Assembly: GCA_032718475.1 (NCBI GenBank)
Contig: JAUCBJ010005466.1
Location: 1-38,474 of the forward strand
DNA length: 38,474 nt
Direction of reading: 5' to 3'
Source: Nemertoderma westbladi
Lineage: Eukaryota; Animalia; Xenacoelomorpha
The translations under genes were made by a program, and so were the position numbers. Of this stretch, positions 13,301-28,300 are shown in pieces (the first letter of the stretch is position 1; each line of letters begins with the position of its first letter). Below the pieces are notes generated by a model. That model was not told where the DNA came from. It saw only the letters and a program-made list of their open reading frames with translations, and made no database searches.

Positions 13301-16300
13301 CGGCCCGCACCTACAGCACTGGGGGTGTGTGTAGACTGATATCTCACACAATGTATCGGCCCGCACCTACAGCACTGGGGGTGTGTGTAGACTGATATCT
13401 CCCTCACCTACAGCAATGGGGGTGTGTGTAGACTGATATCTCCCGCACCTACAGCACTGGGGGTGTGTGTAGACTGATATCTCCCGCACCTACAGCACTG
13501 GGGGTGTGTGTAGACTGATATCTCCCGCACCTACAGCACTGGGGGTGTGTGTAGACTGATATCTCCCGCACCTACAGCACTGGGGGTGTGTGTAGACTGA
13601 TATCTCCCGCACCTACAGCACTGGGGGTGTGTGTAGACTGATATCTCACACAATGCATCGGCCCGCACCTACAGCACTGGGGGTGTGTGTAGACTGATAT
13701 CTCCCGCACCTACTGCACTGGGGGTATGTGTAGACTGATATCTCCCGCACCTACAGCACTGGGGGTGTGTGTAGACTGATATCTCGCACAATGCATCGGC
13801 CCGCACCTACAGCACTGGGGGTGTGTGTAGACTGATATCTCACACAATGCATCGGCCCGCACCTACAGCACTGGGGGTGTGTGTAGACTGATATCTCCCG
13901 CACCTACAGCACTGGGGGTGTGTGTAGACTGATATCTCACACAATGCATCGGCCCGCACCTACAGCACTGGGGGTGTGTGTAGACTGATATCTCCCGCAC
14001 CTACAGCACTGGGGGTGTGTGTAGAGTGATATCTTACACAATGCATCGGCCCGCACCTACAGCACTGGGGGTGTGTGTAGACTGATATCTCCCGCACCTA
14101 CAGCACTGGGGGTGTGTATAGACTGATATCTCCCGCACCTACAGCACTGGGGGTGTGTGTAGACTGATATCTCACACAATGCATCGGCCCGCACCTACAG
14201 CACTGGGGGTGTGTATAGACTGATATCTCCCGCACCTACAGCACTGGGGGTGTGTGTAGACTGATATCTCACACAATGCATCGGCCCGCACCTACAGCAC
14301 TGGGGGTGTGTATAGACTGATATCTCCCGCACCTACAGCACTGGGGGTGTGTATAGACTGATATCTCCCGCACCTACAGCACTGGGGGTGTGTGTAGACT
14401 GATATCTTACACAATGCATCGGCCCGCACCTACAGCACTGGGGGTGTGTATAGACTGATATCTCCCGCACCTACAGCACTGGGGGTGTGTATAGACTGAT
14501 ATCTCCCGCACCTACAGCACTGGGGGTGTGTATAGACTGATATCTCCCGCACCTACAGCACTGGGGGTGTGTGTAGACTGATATCTCCCGCACCTACAGC
14601 ACTGGGGGTGTGTGTAGACTGACTCCATCTCCCGCACCTACAGCACTGGGGGTGTGTATAGACTGATATCTCCCGCACCTACAGCACTGGGGGTGTGTGT
14701 AGACTGATATCTCCCGCACCTACAGCACTGGGGGTGTGTGTAGACTGATATCTCACACAATGCTTCGGCCCGCACCTACAGCACTGGGGGTGTGTGTAGA
14801 CTGATATCTCCCGCACCTACAGCACTGGGGGTGTGTGTAGACTGATATCTCACACAATGCTTCGGCCCGCACCTACAGCACTGGGGGTGTGTGTAGACTG
14901 ATATCTCCCGCACCTACAGCACTGGGGGTGTGTGTAGACTGATATCTCACACAATGCTTCGGCCCGCACCTACAGCACTGGGGGTGTGTGTAGACTGATA
15001 TCTCCCGCACCTACAGCACTGGGGGTGTGTATAGACTGATATCTCCCGCACCTACAGCACTGGGGATGTGTATAGACTGATATCTCCCGCACCTACAGCA
15101 CTGGGGGTGTGTGTAGACTGATATCTCCCGCACCTACAGCACTGGGGGTGTGTGTAGACTGATATCTCCCACACCTACAGCACTGGGGGTGTGTTAGACT
15201 GATATCTCCCGCACCTACAGCACTGGGGGTGTGTGTAGACTGATATCTCCCGCACCTACAGCACTGGGGGTGTGTGTAGACTGATATCTCCCACACCTAC
15301 AGCACTGGGGGTGTGTGTAGACTGATATCTCCCGCACCTACAGCACTGGGGGTGTGTGTAGACTGATATCTCCCGCACCTACAGCACTGGGGGTGTGTGT
15401 AGACTGATATCTCCCGCACCTACAGCACTGGGGGTGTGTGTAGACTGATATCTCACACAATGCATCGGCCCGCACCTACATCACTGGGGGTTTGTGTAGA
15501 CTGATATCTCCCGCACCTACAGCACTGGGGGTGTGTGTAGACTGATATCTCCCGCACCTACAGCACTGGGGGTGTGTGTAGACTGATATCTCACTCAATG
15601 CATCGGCCCGCACCTACAGCACTGGGGGTCTGTGTAGACTGATATCTCACACACCTACAGCACTGGGGGTGTGTGTAGACTGATATCTCCCGCACCTACA
15701 GCACTGGGGGTGTGTGTAGACTGATATCTCACACACCTACAGCACTGGGGGTGTGTGTAGACTGATATCTCCCGCACCTACAGCACTGGGGGTGTGTGTA
15801 GACTGATATCTCCCGCACCTACATCACTGGGGGTTTGTGTAGACTGATATCTCACACAATGCATCGGCCCGCACCTACAGCACTGGGGGTGTGTGTAGAC
15901 TGATATCTCCCGCACCTACAGCACTGGGGGTGTGTGTAGACTGATATCTCCCGCACCTACAGCACTGGGGGTGTGTGTAGACTGATATCTCACTCAATGC
16001 ATCGGCCCGCACCTACAGCACTGGGGGTCTGTGTAGACTGATATCTCACACACCTACAGCACTGGGGGTGTGTGTAGACTGATATCTCCCGCACCTACAG
16101 CACTGGGGGTGTGTGTAGACTGATATCTCACACAATGCATCGGCCCGCACCTACAGCACTGGGGGTGTGTGTAGACTGATATCTCCCGCACCTACAGCAC
16201 TGGGGGTGTGTGTAGACTGATATCTCACACAATGCATCGGCCCGCACCTACAGCACTGGGGGTGTGTGTAGACTGATATCTCCCGCACCTACAGCACTGG

Positions 16301-19300
16301 GTGTGTGTGTAGACTGATATCTCACTCAATGCATCGGCACGCACCTACAGCACTGGGGGTGTGTGTAGACTGATATCCCCCGCACCTTCAGCACTGGGTG
16401 TATGTGTAGACTGATATCTCACACAATGCATCGGCCCGCACCTACAGCACTGGGGGTGTGTGTAGACTGATATCTCACACAATGTATCGGCCCGCACCTA
16501 CAGCACTGGGGGTGTGTGTAGACTGATATCTCCCTCACCTACAGCACTGGGGGTGTGTGTAGACTGATATCTCCCGCACCTACAGCACTGGGGGTGTGTG
16601 TAGACTGATATCTCCCGCACCTACAGCACTGGGGGTTTGTGTAGACTGATATCTCCCGCACCTACAGCACTGGGGGTGTGTGTAGACTGATATCTCCCGC
16701 ACCTACAGCACTGGGGGTGTGTGTAGACTGATATCTCCCGCACCTACAGCACTGGGGGTGTGTGTAGACTGATATCTCACACAATGCATCGGCCCGCACC
16801 TACAGCACTGGGGGTGTGTGTAGACTGATATCTCCCGCACCTACAGCACTGGGTGTGTGTGTAGACTGATATCTCCCGCACCTACAGCACTGGGTGTGTG
16901 TGTAGACTGATATCTCACTCAATGCATCGGCCCGCACCTACAGCACTGGGGGTGTGTGTAGACTGATATCTCCCGCACCTACAGCACTGGGTGTGTGTGT
17001 AGACTGATATCTCCCGCACCTACAGCACTGGGTGTGTGTGTAGACTGATATCTCACTCAATGCATCGGCACGCACCTACAGCACTGGGGGTGTGTGTAGA
17101 CTGATATCCCCCGCACCTTCAGCACTGGGTGTATGTGTAGACTGATATCTCACACAATGCATCGGCCCGCACCTACAGCACTGGGGGTGTGTGTAGACTG
17201 ATATCTCCCGCACCTACAGCACTGGGGGTGTGTGTAGACTGATATCTCACACAATGTATCGGCCCGCACCTACAGCACTGGGGGTGTGTGTAGACTGATA
17301 TCTCCCTCACCTACAGCACTGGGGGTGTGTGTAGACTGATATCTCCCGCACCTACAGCACTGGGGGTGTGTGTAGACTGATATCTCACACACCTACAGCA
17401 ATGGGGGTGTGTGTAGACTGATATCTCACACAATGCATCGGCCCGCACCTACAGCACTGGGGGTGTGTGTAGACTGATATCTCCCGCACCTACAGCACTG
17501 GGGGTTTGTGTAGACTGATATCTCCCGCACCTACAGCACTGGGGGTGTGTGTAGACCGATATCTCACACAATACATCGGCCCGCACCTACAGCACTGGGG
17601 GTGTGTGTAGACTGATATCTCCCGCACTGATCCTAGTTCACTAAAGTGTTGTATACATTCCAGTATCAAACCGATGGCAGCCTCGCATCCCACATGTTCT
17701 TTATATGCTATGATATCTCACACAATGCATCGGCCCGCACCTACAGCACTGGGGGTGTGTATAGACTGATATCTCCCGCACCTACAGCACTGGGGGTGTG
17801 TGTAAAGTGATATCTTACACAATGCATCGGCCCGCACCTACAGCACTGGGGGTGTGTATAGACTGATATCTCCCGCACCTACAGCACTGGGGGTGTGTAT
17901 AGACTGATATCTCCCGCACCTACAGCACTGGGGGTGTGTGTAGACTGATATCTCACACAATGCATCGGCCCGCACCTACAGCACTGGGGGTGTGTATAGA
18001 CTGATATCTCCCGCACCTACAGCACTGGGGGTGTGTATAGACTGATATCTCCCGCACCTACAGCACTGGGGGTGTGTGTAGACTGATATCTCCCGCACCT
18101 ACAGCACTGGGGGTGTGTGTAGACTGATATCTCACACAATGCATCGGCTCGCACCTACAGCACTGGGGGTGTGTATAGACTGATATCTCCCGCACCTACA
18201 GCACTGGGGGTGTGTTTAGACTGATATCTCCCGCACCTACAGCACTGGGGGTGTGTGTAGACTGATATCTCACACAATGCATCGGCCCGCACCTACAGCA
18301 CTGGGGGTGTGTATAGACTGATATCTCCCACACCTACAGCACTGGGGGTGTGTATAGACTGATATCTCCCGCACCTACAGCACTGGGGGTGTGTGTAGAC
18401 TGATATCTCCCGCAACTACAGCACTGGGGGTGTGTGTAGACTGATACCTCACACAATGCATCGGCCCGCACCTACAGCACTGGGGGTGTGTGTAGACTGA
18501 TATCTCGCGCACCTACAGCACTGGGGGTGTGTGTAGACTGATAACTCCCGCACCTACAGCACTGGGGGTGTGTGTAGACTGATATCTCCCGCACCTACAG
18601 CACTGGGGGTGTGTGTACACTGATATCTCCCGCACCTACACCACTGGGGGTGTGTGTAGACTGATATCTCACACAATGCATCGGCCCGCACCTACAGCAC
18701 TGGGGGTGTGTGTAGACTGATATCCCACACAATGCATCGGCCCGCACCTACAGCACTGGGGGTGTGTGTAGACTGATATCTCCCGCACCTACAGCACTGG
18801 GGGTGTGTGTAGACTGATATCTCACACAATGCATCGGCCCGCACCTACAGCACTGGGGGTGTGTGTAGACTGATATCTCCCGCACCTACAGCACTGGGTG
18901 TGTGTGTAGACTGATATGTCACACAATGCATCGGCCCGCACCTACAGCACTGGGAGTGTGTGTAGACTGATATCTCCCGCACCTACAGCACTGGGTGTGT
19001 GTGTAGACTGATATCTAACACAATGCATCGGCCCGCACTTACAGCACTGGGGGTGTGTGTAGACTGATATCTCACACAATGTATCGGCCCGCACCTACAG
19101 CACTGGGGGAGTGTGTAGACTGATATCTCACACAATGCATCGGCCCGCACCTACAGCACTGGGGGTGTGTGTAGACTGATATCTCACACAATGCATCGGC
19201 CCGCACCTACAGCATTGGGGGTGTGTGTAGACTGATATCTCCCGCACCTACAGCACTGGGGGTGTGTGTAGACTGATATCTCCCGCACCTACAGCACTGG

Positions 19301-22300
19301 GGGTGTGTGTAGACCGATATCTCACACAATACATCGGCCCGCACCTACAGCACTGGGGGTGTGTGTAGACTGATATCTCCCGCACCTACTGCACTGGGGT
19401 TATGTGTAGACTGATATCTCCCGCACCTACAGCACTGGGGGTGTGTGTAGACTGATATCTCGCACAATGCATCGGCCCGCATCTACAGCACTGGGGGTGT
19501 GTGTAGACTGATATCTCACACAATGCATCGGCCCGCACCTACAGCACTGGGAGTGTGTGTAGACTGATATCTCACACAATGCATCGGCCCGCACCTACAG
19601 CACTGGGGGTGTGTGTAGACTGATATCTCCCGCACCTACTGCACTGGGGGTGTGTGTAGACTGATATCTCCCGCACCTACTGCACTGGGGGTGTGTGTAG
19701 ACTGATACCACCCGCACCTACAGCACTGGGGGTGTGTGTAGACTGATATCTCACACAATGCATCGGCCCGCATCTACAGCACTGGGGGTGTGTGTAGACT
19801 GATATCTCCCGCACCTACAGCACTGGGGGTGTGTGTAGACTGATATCTCCCGCACCTACAGCACTGGGAGTGGGTGTGTAGACTGATATCTCCCGCACCT
19901 ACTGCACTGGGGGTGTGTGTAGACTGATATCTCACACAATGCATCGGCCCGCACCTACAGAACTGGGGGTGTGTATAGACTGATATCTCCCGCACCTACA
20001 GCACTGGGGGTGTGTGTAGACTGATATTTCACACAATGCATCGGCGCGCACCTACAACACTGGGGGTGTGTATAGACTGATATCTCCCGCACCTACAGCA
20101 CTGGGGGTGTGTGTAGACTGATATCTCACACAATGCATCGGCCCGCACCTACAGCACTGGGGGTGTGTATAGACTGATATCTCCCGCACCTAGAGCACTG
20201 GGGGTGTGTGTAGACTGATATCTCACACAATGCATCGGCCCGCACCTACAGCACTGGGGGTGTGTATAGACTGATATCTCCCGCACCTACAGCACTGGGG
20301 GTGTGTGTAAAGTGATATCTTACACAATGCATCGGCCCGCACCTACAGCACTGGGGGTGTGTATAGACTGATATCTCCCGCACCTACAGCACTGGGGGTG
20401 TGTATAGACTGATATCTCCCGCACCTACAGCACTGGGGGTGTGTGTAGACTGATATCTCACACAATGCATCGGCCCGCACCTACAGCACTGGGGGTGTGT
20501 ATAGACTGATATCTCCCGCACCTACAGCACTGGGGGTGTGTATAGACTGATATCTCCCGCACCTACAGCACTGGGGGTGTGTGTAGACTGATATCTCCCG
20601 CACCTACAGCACTGGGGGTGTGTGTAGACTGATATCTCACACAATGCATCGGCTCGCACCTACAGCACTGGGGGTGTGTATAGACTGATATCTCCCGCAC
20701 CTACAGCACTGGGGGTGTGTTTAGACTGATATCTCCCGCACCTACAGCACTGGGGGTGTGTGTAGACTGATATCTCACACAATGCATCGGCCCGCACCTA
20801 CAGCACTGGGGGTGTGTGTAGACTGATATCTCCCGCACCTACAGCACTGGGGGTGTGTATAGACTGATATCTCCCGCACCTACAGCACTGGGGGTGTGTG
20901 TAGACTGATATCTCCCGCACCTACAGCACTGGGGGTGTGTGTAGACTGATACCTCACACAATGCATCGGCCCGCACCTACAGCACTGGGGGTGTGTTTAG
21001 ACTGATATCTCCCGCACCTACAGCACTGGGGGTGTGTATAGACTGATATCTCCCGCACCTACAGCACTGGGGGTGTGTGTAGACTGATATCTCCCGCACC
21101 TACAGCACTGGGGGTGTGTGTAGACTGATACCTCACACAATGCATCGGCCCGCACCTACAGCACTGGGGGTGTGTGTAGACTGATATCTCGCGCACCTAC
21201 AGCACTGGGGGTGTGTGTAGACTGATAACTCCCGCACCTACAGCACTGGGGGTGTGTGTAGACTGATATCTCCCGCACCTACAGCACTGGGGGTGTGTGT
21301 ACACTGATATCTCCCGCACCTACACCACTGGGGGTGTGTGTAGACTGATATCTCACACAATGCATCGGCCCGCACCTACAGCACTGGGGGTGTGTGTAGA
21401 CTGATATCCCACACAATGCATCGGCCCGCACCTACAGCACTGGGGGTGTGTGTAGACTGATATCTCCCGCACCTACAGCACTGGGGGTGTGTGTAGACTG
21501 ATATCTCACACAATGCATCGGCCCGCACCTACAGCACTGGGGGTGTGTGTAGACTGATATCTCCCGCACCTACAGCACTGGGTGTGTGTGTAGACTGATA
21601 TGTCACACAATGCATCGGCCCGCACCTACAGCACTGGGAGTGTGTGTAGACTGATATCTCCCGCACCTACAGCACTGGGTGTGTGTGTAGACTGATATCT
21701 AACACAATGCATCGGCCCGCACTTACAGCACTGGGGGTGTGTGTAGACTGATATCTCACACAATGTATCGGCCCGCACCTACAGCACTGGGGGAGTGTGT
21801 AGACTGATATCTCACACAATGCATCGGCCCGCACCTACAGCACTGGGGGTGTGTGTAGACTGATATCTCACACAATGCATCGGCCCGCACCTACAGCATT
21901 GGGGGTGTGTGTAGACTAATATCTCCCGCACCTACAGCACTGGGGGTGTGTGTAGACTGATATCTCCCGCACCTACAGCACTGGGGGTGTGTGTAGACCG
22001 ATATCTCACACAATACATCGGCCCGCACCTACAGCACTGGGGGTGTGTGTAGACTGATATCTCCCGCACCTACTGCACTGGGGTTATGTGTAGACTGATA
22101 TCTCCCGCACCTACAGCACTGGGGGTGTGTGTAGACTGATATCTCGCACAATGCATCGGCCCGCATCTACAGCACTGGGGGTGTGTGTAGACTGATATCT
22201 CACACAATGCATCGGCCCGCAAATACAGCACTGGGAGTGTGTGTAGACTGATATCTCACACAATGCATCGGCCCGCACCTACAGCACTGGGGGTGTGTGT

Positions 22301-25300
22301 AGACTGATATCTCCCGCACCTACTGCACTGGGGGTGTGTGTAGACTGATATCTCCCGCACCTACTGCACTGGGGGTGTGTGTAGACTGATACCTCCCGCA
22401 CCTACAGCACTGGGGGTGTGTGTAGACTGATATCTCACACAATGCATCGGCCCGCACCTACAGCACGGGGGGTGTGTGTAGACTGATATCTCACACAATG
22501 CATCGGCCCGCACCTACAGCACTGGGGGTGTGTGTAGACTGATATCTCCCGCACCTACTGCACTGGGGGTGTGTGTAGACTAATATCTCCCGCACCTACT
22601 GCACTGGGGGTGTGTGTAGACTGATATCTCCCGCACCTACAGCACTGGGGGTGTGTGTAGACTGATATCTCCCGCACCTACAGCACTGGGGGTGTGTGTA
22701 GACCGATATCTCACACAATACATCGGCCCGCACCTACAGCACTGGGGGTGTGTGTAGACTGATATCTCCCGCACCTACTGCACTGGGGTTATGTGTAGAC
22801 TGATATCTCCCGCACCTACAGCACTGGGGGTGTGTGTAGACTGATATCTCGCACAATGCATCGGCCCGCATCTACAGCACTGGGGGTGTGTGTAGACTGA
22901 TATCTCACACAATGCATCGGCCCGCACCTACAGCACTGGGAGTGTGTGTAGACTGATATCTCACACAATGCATCGGCCCGCACCTACAGCACTGGGGGTG
23001 TGTGTAGACTGATATCTCCCGCACCTACTGCACTGGGGGTGTGTGTAGACTGATATCTCCCGCACCTACTGCACTGGGGGTGTGTGTAGACTGATACCTC
23101 CCGCACCTACAGCACTGGGGGTGTGTGTAGACTGATATCTCACACAATGCATCGGCCCGCACCTACAGCACGGGGGGTGTGTGTAGACTGATATCTCACA
23201 CAATGCATCGGCCCGCACCTACAGCACTGGGGGTGTGTGTAGACTGATATCTCCCGCACCTACTGCACTGGGGGTGTGTGTAGACTGATATCTCCCGCAC
23301 CTACTGCACTGGGGGTGTGTGTAGACTGATATCTCCCGCACCTACAGCACTGGGGGTGTGTGTAGACTGATTTCTCCTTCACCTACTGCACTGGGGGTGT
23401 GTGTAGACGGATATCTCACACAATGCGTCAGCCCGCACATACAGCACTGGGGGTGTGTGTAGACTGATATCTCACACAATGCATCGGCCCGCACCTACAG
23501 CACTGGGGGTGTGTGTAGACTGATATCTCCCGCACCTACTGCACTGGGGGTGTGTGTAGACTGATATCTCACACAATGCATCGGCCCGCACCTACAGCAC
23601 TGGGGGTGTGTGTAGACTGATATCTCCCGCACCTACAGCACTGGGGGTGTGTGTAGACTGATATCTCCCGCACCTACATCACTGGGGGTGTGTGTAGACT
23701 GATTTCTCCCGCACCTACAGCACTGGGGGTGTGTGTAGACTGATATCTCCCGCACCTACAGCACTGGGGGTGTGTGTAGACTGATATCTCACACAATGCA
23801 TCGGCCCGCACCTACTGCACTGGGGGTGTATGTAGACTGATATCTCACACAATGCATCGGCCCGCACCTACAGCACTGGGGGTGTGTGTAGACTGATATC
23901 TCCCGCACCTACAGCACTGGGGGTGTGTGTAGACTGATATCTCACACAATGCATCGGCCCGCACCTACAGCACTGGGGGTGTGTGTAGACTGATATCTCA
24001 CAAAATGCATCGGCCGTCACCTACAGCACTGGGGGTGTGTGTAGACTGATATCTCACACAATGCATCGGCCCGCACCTACAGCACTGGGAGTGTGTGTAG
24101 ACTGATATCTCACACAATGCATCGGCCCGCACCTACAGCACTGGGGGTGTGTGTAGACTGATATCTCCCGCACCTACTGCACTGGGGGTGTGTGTAGACT
24201 GATATCTCCCGCACCTACTGCACTGGGGGTGTGTGTAGACTGATACCTCCCGCACCTACAGCACTGGGGGTGTGTGTAGACTGATATCTCACACAATGCA
24301 TCGGCCCGCACCTACAGCACTGGGGGTGTGTGTAGACTGATATCTCACACAATGCATCGGCCCGCACCTACAGCACTGGGGGTGTGTGTAGACTGATATC
24401 TCCCGCACCTACTGCACTGGGGGTGTGTGTAGACTGATATCTCCCGCACCTACAGCACTGGGGGTGTGTGTAGACTGATATCTCCCGCACCTACAGCACT
24501 GGGGGTGTGTGTAGACCGATATCTCACACAATACATCGGCCCGCACCTACAGCACTGGGGGTGTGTGTAGACTGATATCTCCCGCACCTACTGCACTGGG
24601 GTTATGTGTAGACTGATATCTCCCGCACCTACAGCACTGGGGGTGTGTGTAGACTGATATCTCGCACAATGCATCGGCCCGCATCTACAGCACTGGGGGT
24701 GTGTGTAGACTGATATCTCACACAATGCATCGGCCCGCACCTACAGCACTGGGAGTGTGTGTAGACTGATATCTCACACAATGCATCGGCCCGCACCTAC
24801 AGCACTGGGGGTGTGTGTAGACTGATATCTCCCGCACCTACTGCACTGGGGGTGTGTGTAGACTGATATCTCCCGCACCTACTGCACTGGGGGTGTGTGT
24901 AGACTGATACCTCCCGCACCTACAGCACTGGGGGTGTGTGTAGACTGATATCTCACACAATGCATCGGCCCGCACCTACAGCACGGGGGGTGTGTGTAGA
25001 CTGATATCTCACACAATGCATCGGCCCGCACCTACAGCACTGGGGGTGTGTGTAGACTGATATCTCCCGCACCTACTGCACTGGGGGTGTGTGTAGACTG
25101 ATATCTCCCGCACCTACTGCACTGGGGGTGTGTGTAGACTGATATCTCCCGCACCTACAGCACTGGGGGTGTGTGTAGACTGATTTCTCCTGCACCTACT
25201 GCACTGGGGGTGTGTGTAGACGGATATCTCACACAATGCGTCAGCCCGCACATACAGCACTGGGGGTGTGTGTAGACTGATATCTCACACAATGCATCGG

Positions 25301-28300
25301 CCCGCACCTACAGCACTGGGGGTGTGTGTAGACTGATATCTCACAAAATGCATCGGCCGTCACCTACAGCACTGGGGGTGTGTGTAGACTGATATCTCAC
25401 ACAATGCATCGGCCCGCACCTACAGCACTGGGTGTGTGTGTAGACTGATATCTCACACACCTACTGCACTGGGGGTGTGTGTAGACTGATATCTCACACA
25501 ATGCATCGGCCCGCACCTACAGCACTGGGGGTGTGTGTAGACTGATTTCTCCCGCACCTATTGCACTGGGGGTGTGTGTAGACTGATATCTCACACAATG
25601 CATCGGCCCGCACCTACAGCACTGGTGGTGTGTGTAGACTGATATCTCACACAATGCATCGGCCCGCACCTACAGCCCTGGGGGTGTGTGTAGACTAATA
25701 TCTCACACACCTTCAGCACTGGGGGTGTGTGTAGACTGATATCTGCCGCACCTACAGCACTGGGGGTGTGTGTAGACTGATATCTCACACAATGCATCGG
25801 CCCGCACCTACAACACTGGGGGTGTGTGTAGACTAATATCTCACACACCTACAGCACTGCCGGTGTGTGTAGACTGATATCTGCCGCACCTACAGCACTG
25901 GTGGTGTGTGTAGACTGATATCTCACACAATGCATCGGCCCGCACCTACAACACTGGGGGTGTAGGTAGACTAATATCTTACACACCTACAGCACTGGGG
26001 GTGTGTGTAGACTGATATCTGCCGCACCTACAGCACTGGGGGTGTGTGTAGACTAATATCTCACACACCTACAGCACTGCCGGTGTGTGTAGACTGATAT
26101 CTGCCGCACCTACAGCACTGGTGGTGTGTGTAGACTGATATCTCACACACCTACAGCACTGCCGGTGTGTGTAGACTGATATCTGCCGCACCTACAGCAC
26201 TGGTGGTGTGTGTAGACTGATATCTCACACACCTACAGCACTGCCGGTGTGTGTAGACTGATATCTGCCGCACCTACAGCACTGGTGGTGTGTGTAGACT
26301 GATATCTCACACAATGCATCGGCCCGCACCTACAACACTGGGGGTGTAGGTAGACTAATATCTCACACACCTACAGCACTGGGGGTGTGTGTAGACTGAT
26401 ATCTGCCGCACCTACAGCACTGGGGGTGTGTGTAGACTAATATCTCACACACCTACAGCACTGCCGGTGTGTGTAGACTGATATCTCACACAATGCATCG
26501 GCCCGCACCTACAGCACTGGGGGTGTGTGTAGACTGATTTCTCCCGCACCTATTGCACTGGGGGTGTGTGTAGACTGATATCTCACACAATGCATCGGCC
26601 CGCACCTACAGCACTGGGGGTGTGTGTAGACTGATATCTCACACAATGCATCGGCCCGCACCTACAGCACTGGGGGTGTGTGTAGACTGATATCTCACAC
26701 AATGCATCGGCCCGCACCTACAGCACTGGGGGTGTGTGTAGACTGATATCTCACACAATGCATCGGCCCGCACCTACAGCACTGGGGGTGTGTGTAGACT
26801 GATATCTCACACAATGCAACGGCCCGAACCTACAGCACTGGGGGTGTAGGTAGACTAATATCTCACACACCTACAGCACTGGGGGTGTGTGTAGACTGAT
26901 ATCTGCCGCACCTACAGCACTGGGGGTGTGTGTAGACTGATATCTCACACACCTACTCCACTGGGGGTGTGTGTAGACTGATATCTCACACAATGCATCG
27001 GCCCGCACCTACAGCACTGGGGGTGTGTGTAGAGTGATTTCTCCCGCACCTACTGCACTGGGGGTGTGTGTAGACTGATATCTCACACAATGCATCGGCC
27101 CGCACCTACAGCACTGGGGGTGTAGGTAGACTAATATCTCACACACCTACAGCACTGGGGGTGTGTGTAGACTGATATCTGCCGCACCTACAGCACTGGG
27201 GGTGTGTGTAGACTGATATCTCACACACCTACTCCACTGGGGGTGTGTGTAGACTGATATCTCACACAATGCATCGGCCCGCACCTACAGCACTGGGGGT
27301 GTGTGTAGACTGATTTCTCCCGCACCTACTGCACTGGGGGTGTGTGTAGACTGATATCTCACACAATGCATCGGCCCGCACCTACAGCACTGGGGGTGTG
27401 TGTAGACTGATTTCTCCCGCACCTACTGCACTGGGGGTGTGTGTAGACTGATATCTCACACAATGCATCGGCCCGCACCTACAGCACTGAGGGTGTGTGT
27501 AGACTGATATCTCCCGCACCTACTGCACTGGGGGTGTGTGTAGACTGATATCTCACACAATGCATCGGCCCGCACCTACAGCACTGGGGGTGTGTGTAGA
27601 CTGATATCTCACACAATGCATCGGCCCGCACCTACAGCACTGGGGGTGTGTGTAGACTAATATCTCCCGCACCTACAGCACTGGGGGTGTGTGTAGACTG
27701 ATATCTCACACAATGCATCGGCCCGCACCTACAGCACTGGGGGTGTGTGCAGACTGATATCTCCCGCACCTACTGCACTGAGGGTGTGTGTAGACTGATA
27801 TCTCACACAATGCATCGGCCCGCACCTACAGCACTGGGGGTGTGTGTAAACTAATATCTCACACACCTACAGCACTGCGGGTGTGTGTAGACTGATATCT
27901 CCCGCACCTACACCACTGGGGGTGTGTGTAGACTGATATCTCACACAATGCATCGGCCCGCACCTACAGCACTGGGGGTGTGTGTAGACTGATATCTCAC
28001 ACAATGCATCGGCCCGCACCTACAGCACTGGGGGTGTGTGTAGACTGATATCTCCCGCACCTACTGCACTGGGGGTGTGTGTAGACTGATATCTCACACA
28101 ATGCATCGGCCCGCACCTACAGCACTGGGGGTGTGTGCAGACTGATATCTCCCGCACCTACAGCACTGAGGGTGTGTGTAGACTGATATCTCCCGCACCT
28201 ACTGCACTGGGGGTGTGTGTAGACTGATATCTCACACAATGAATCGGCACGCACCTACAGCACTGGGGGTGTGTGTAGACTGATATCTCCCGCACCTACA

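Noticed and set aside
14620-14632. Aberrant unit GACTGACTCCATCT and nearby single-copy indels (e.g. ~9086, ~15195)
   Set aside because: These are singletons not shared with duplicated blocks and may be consensus errors.
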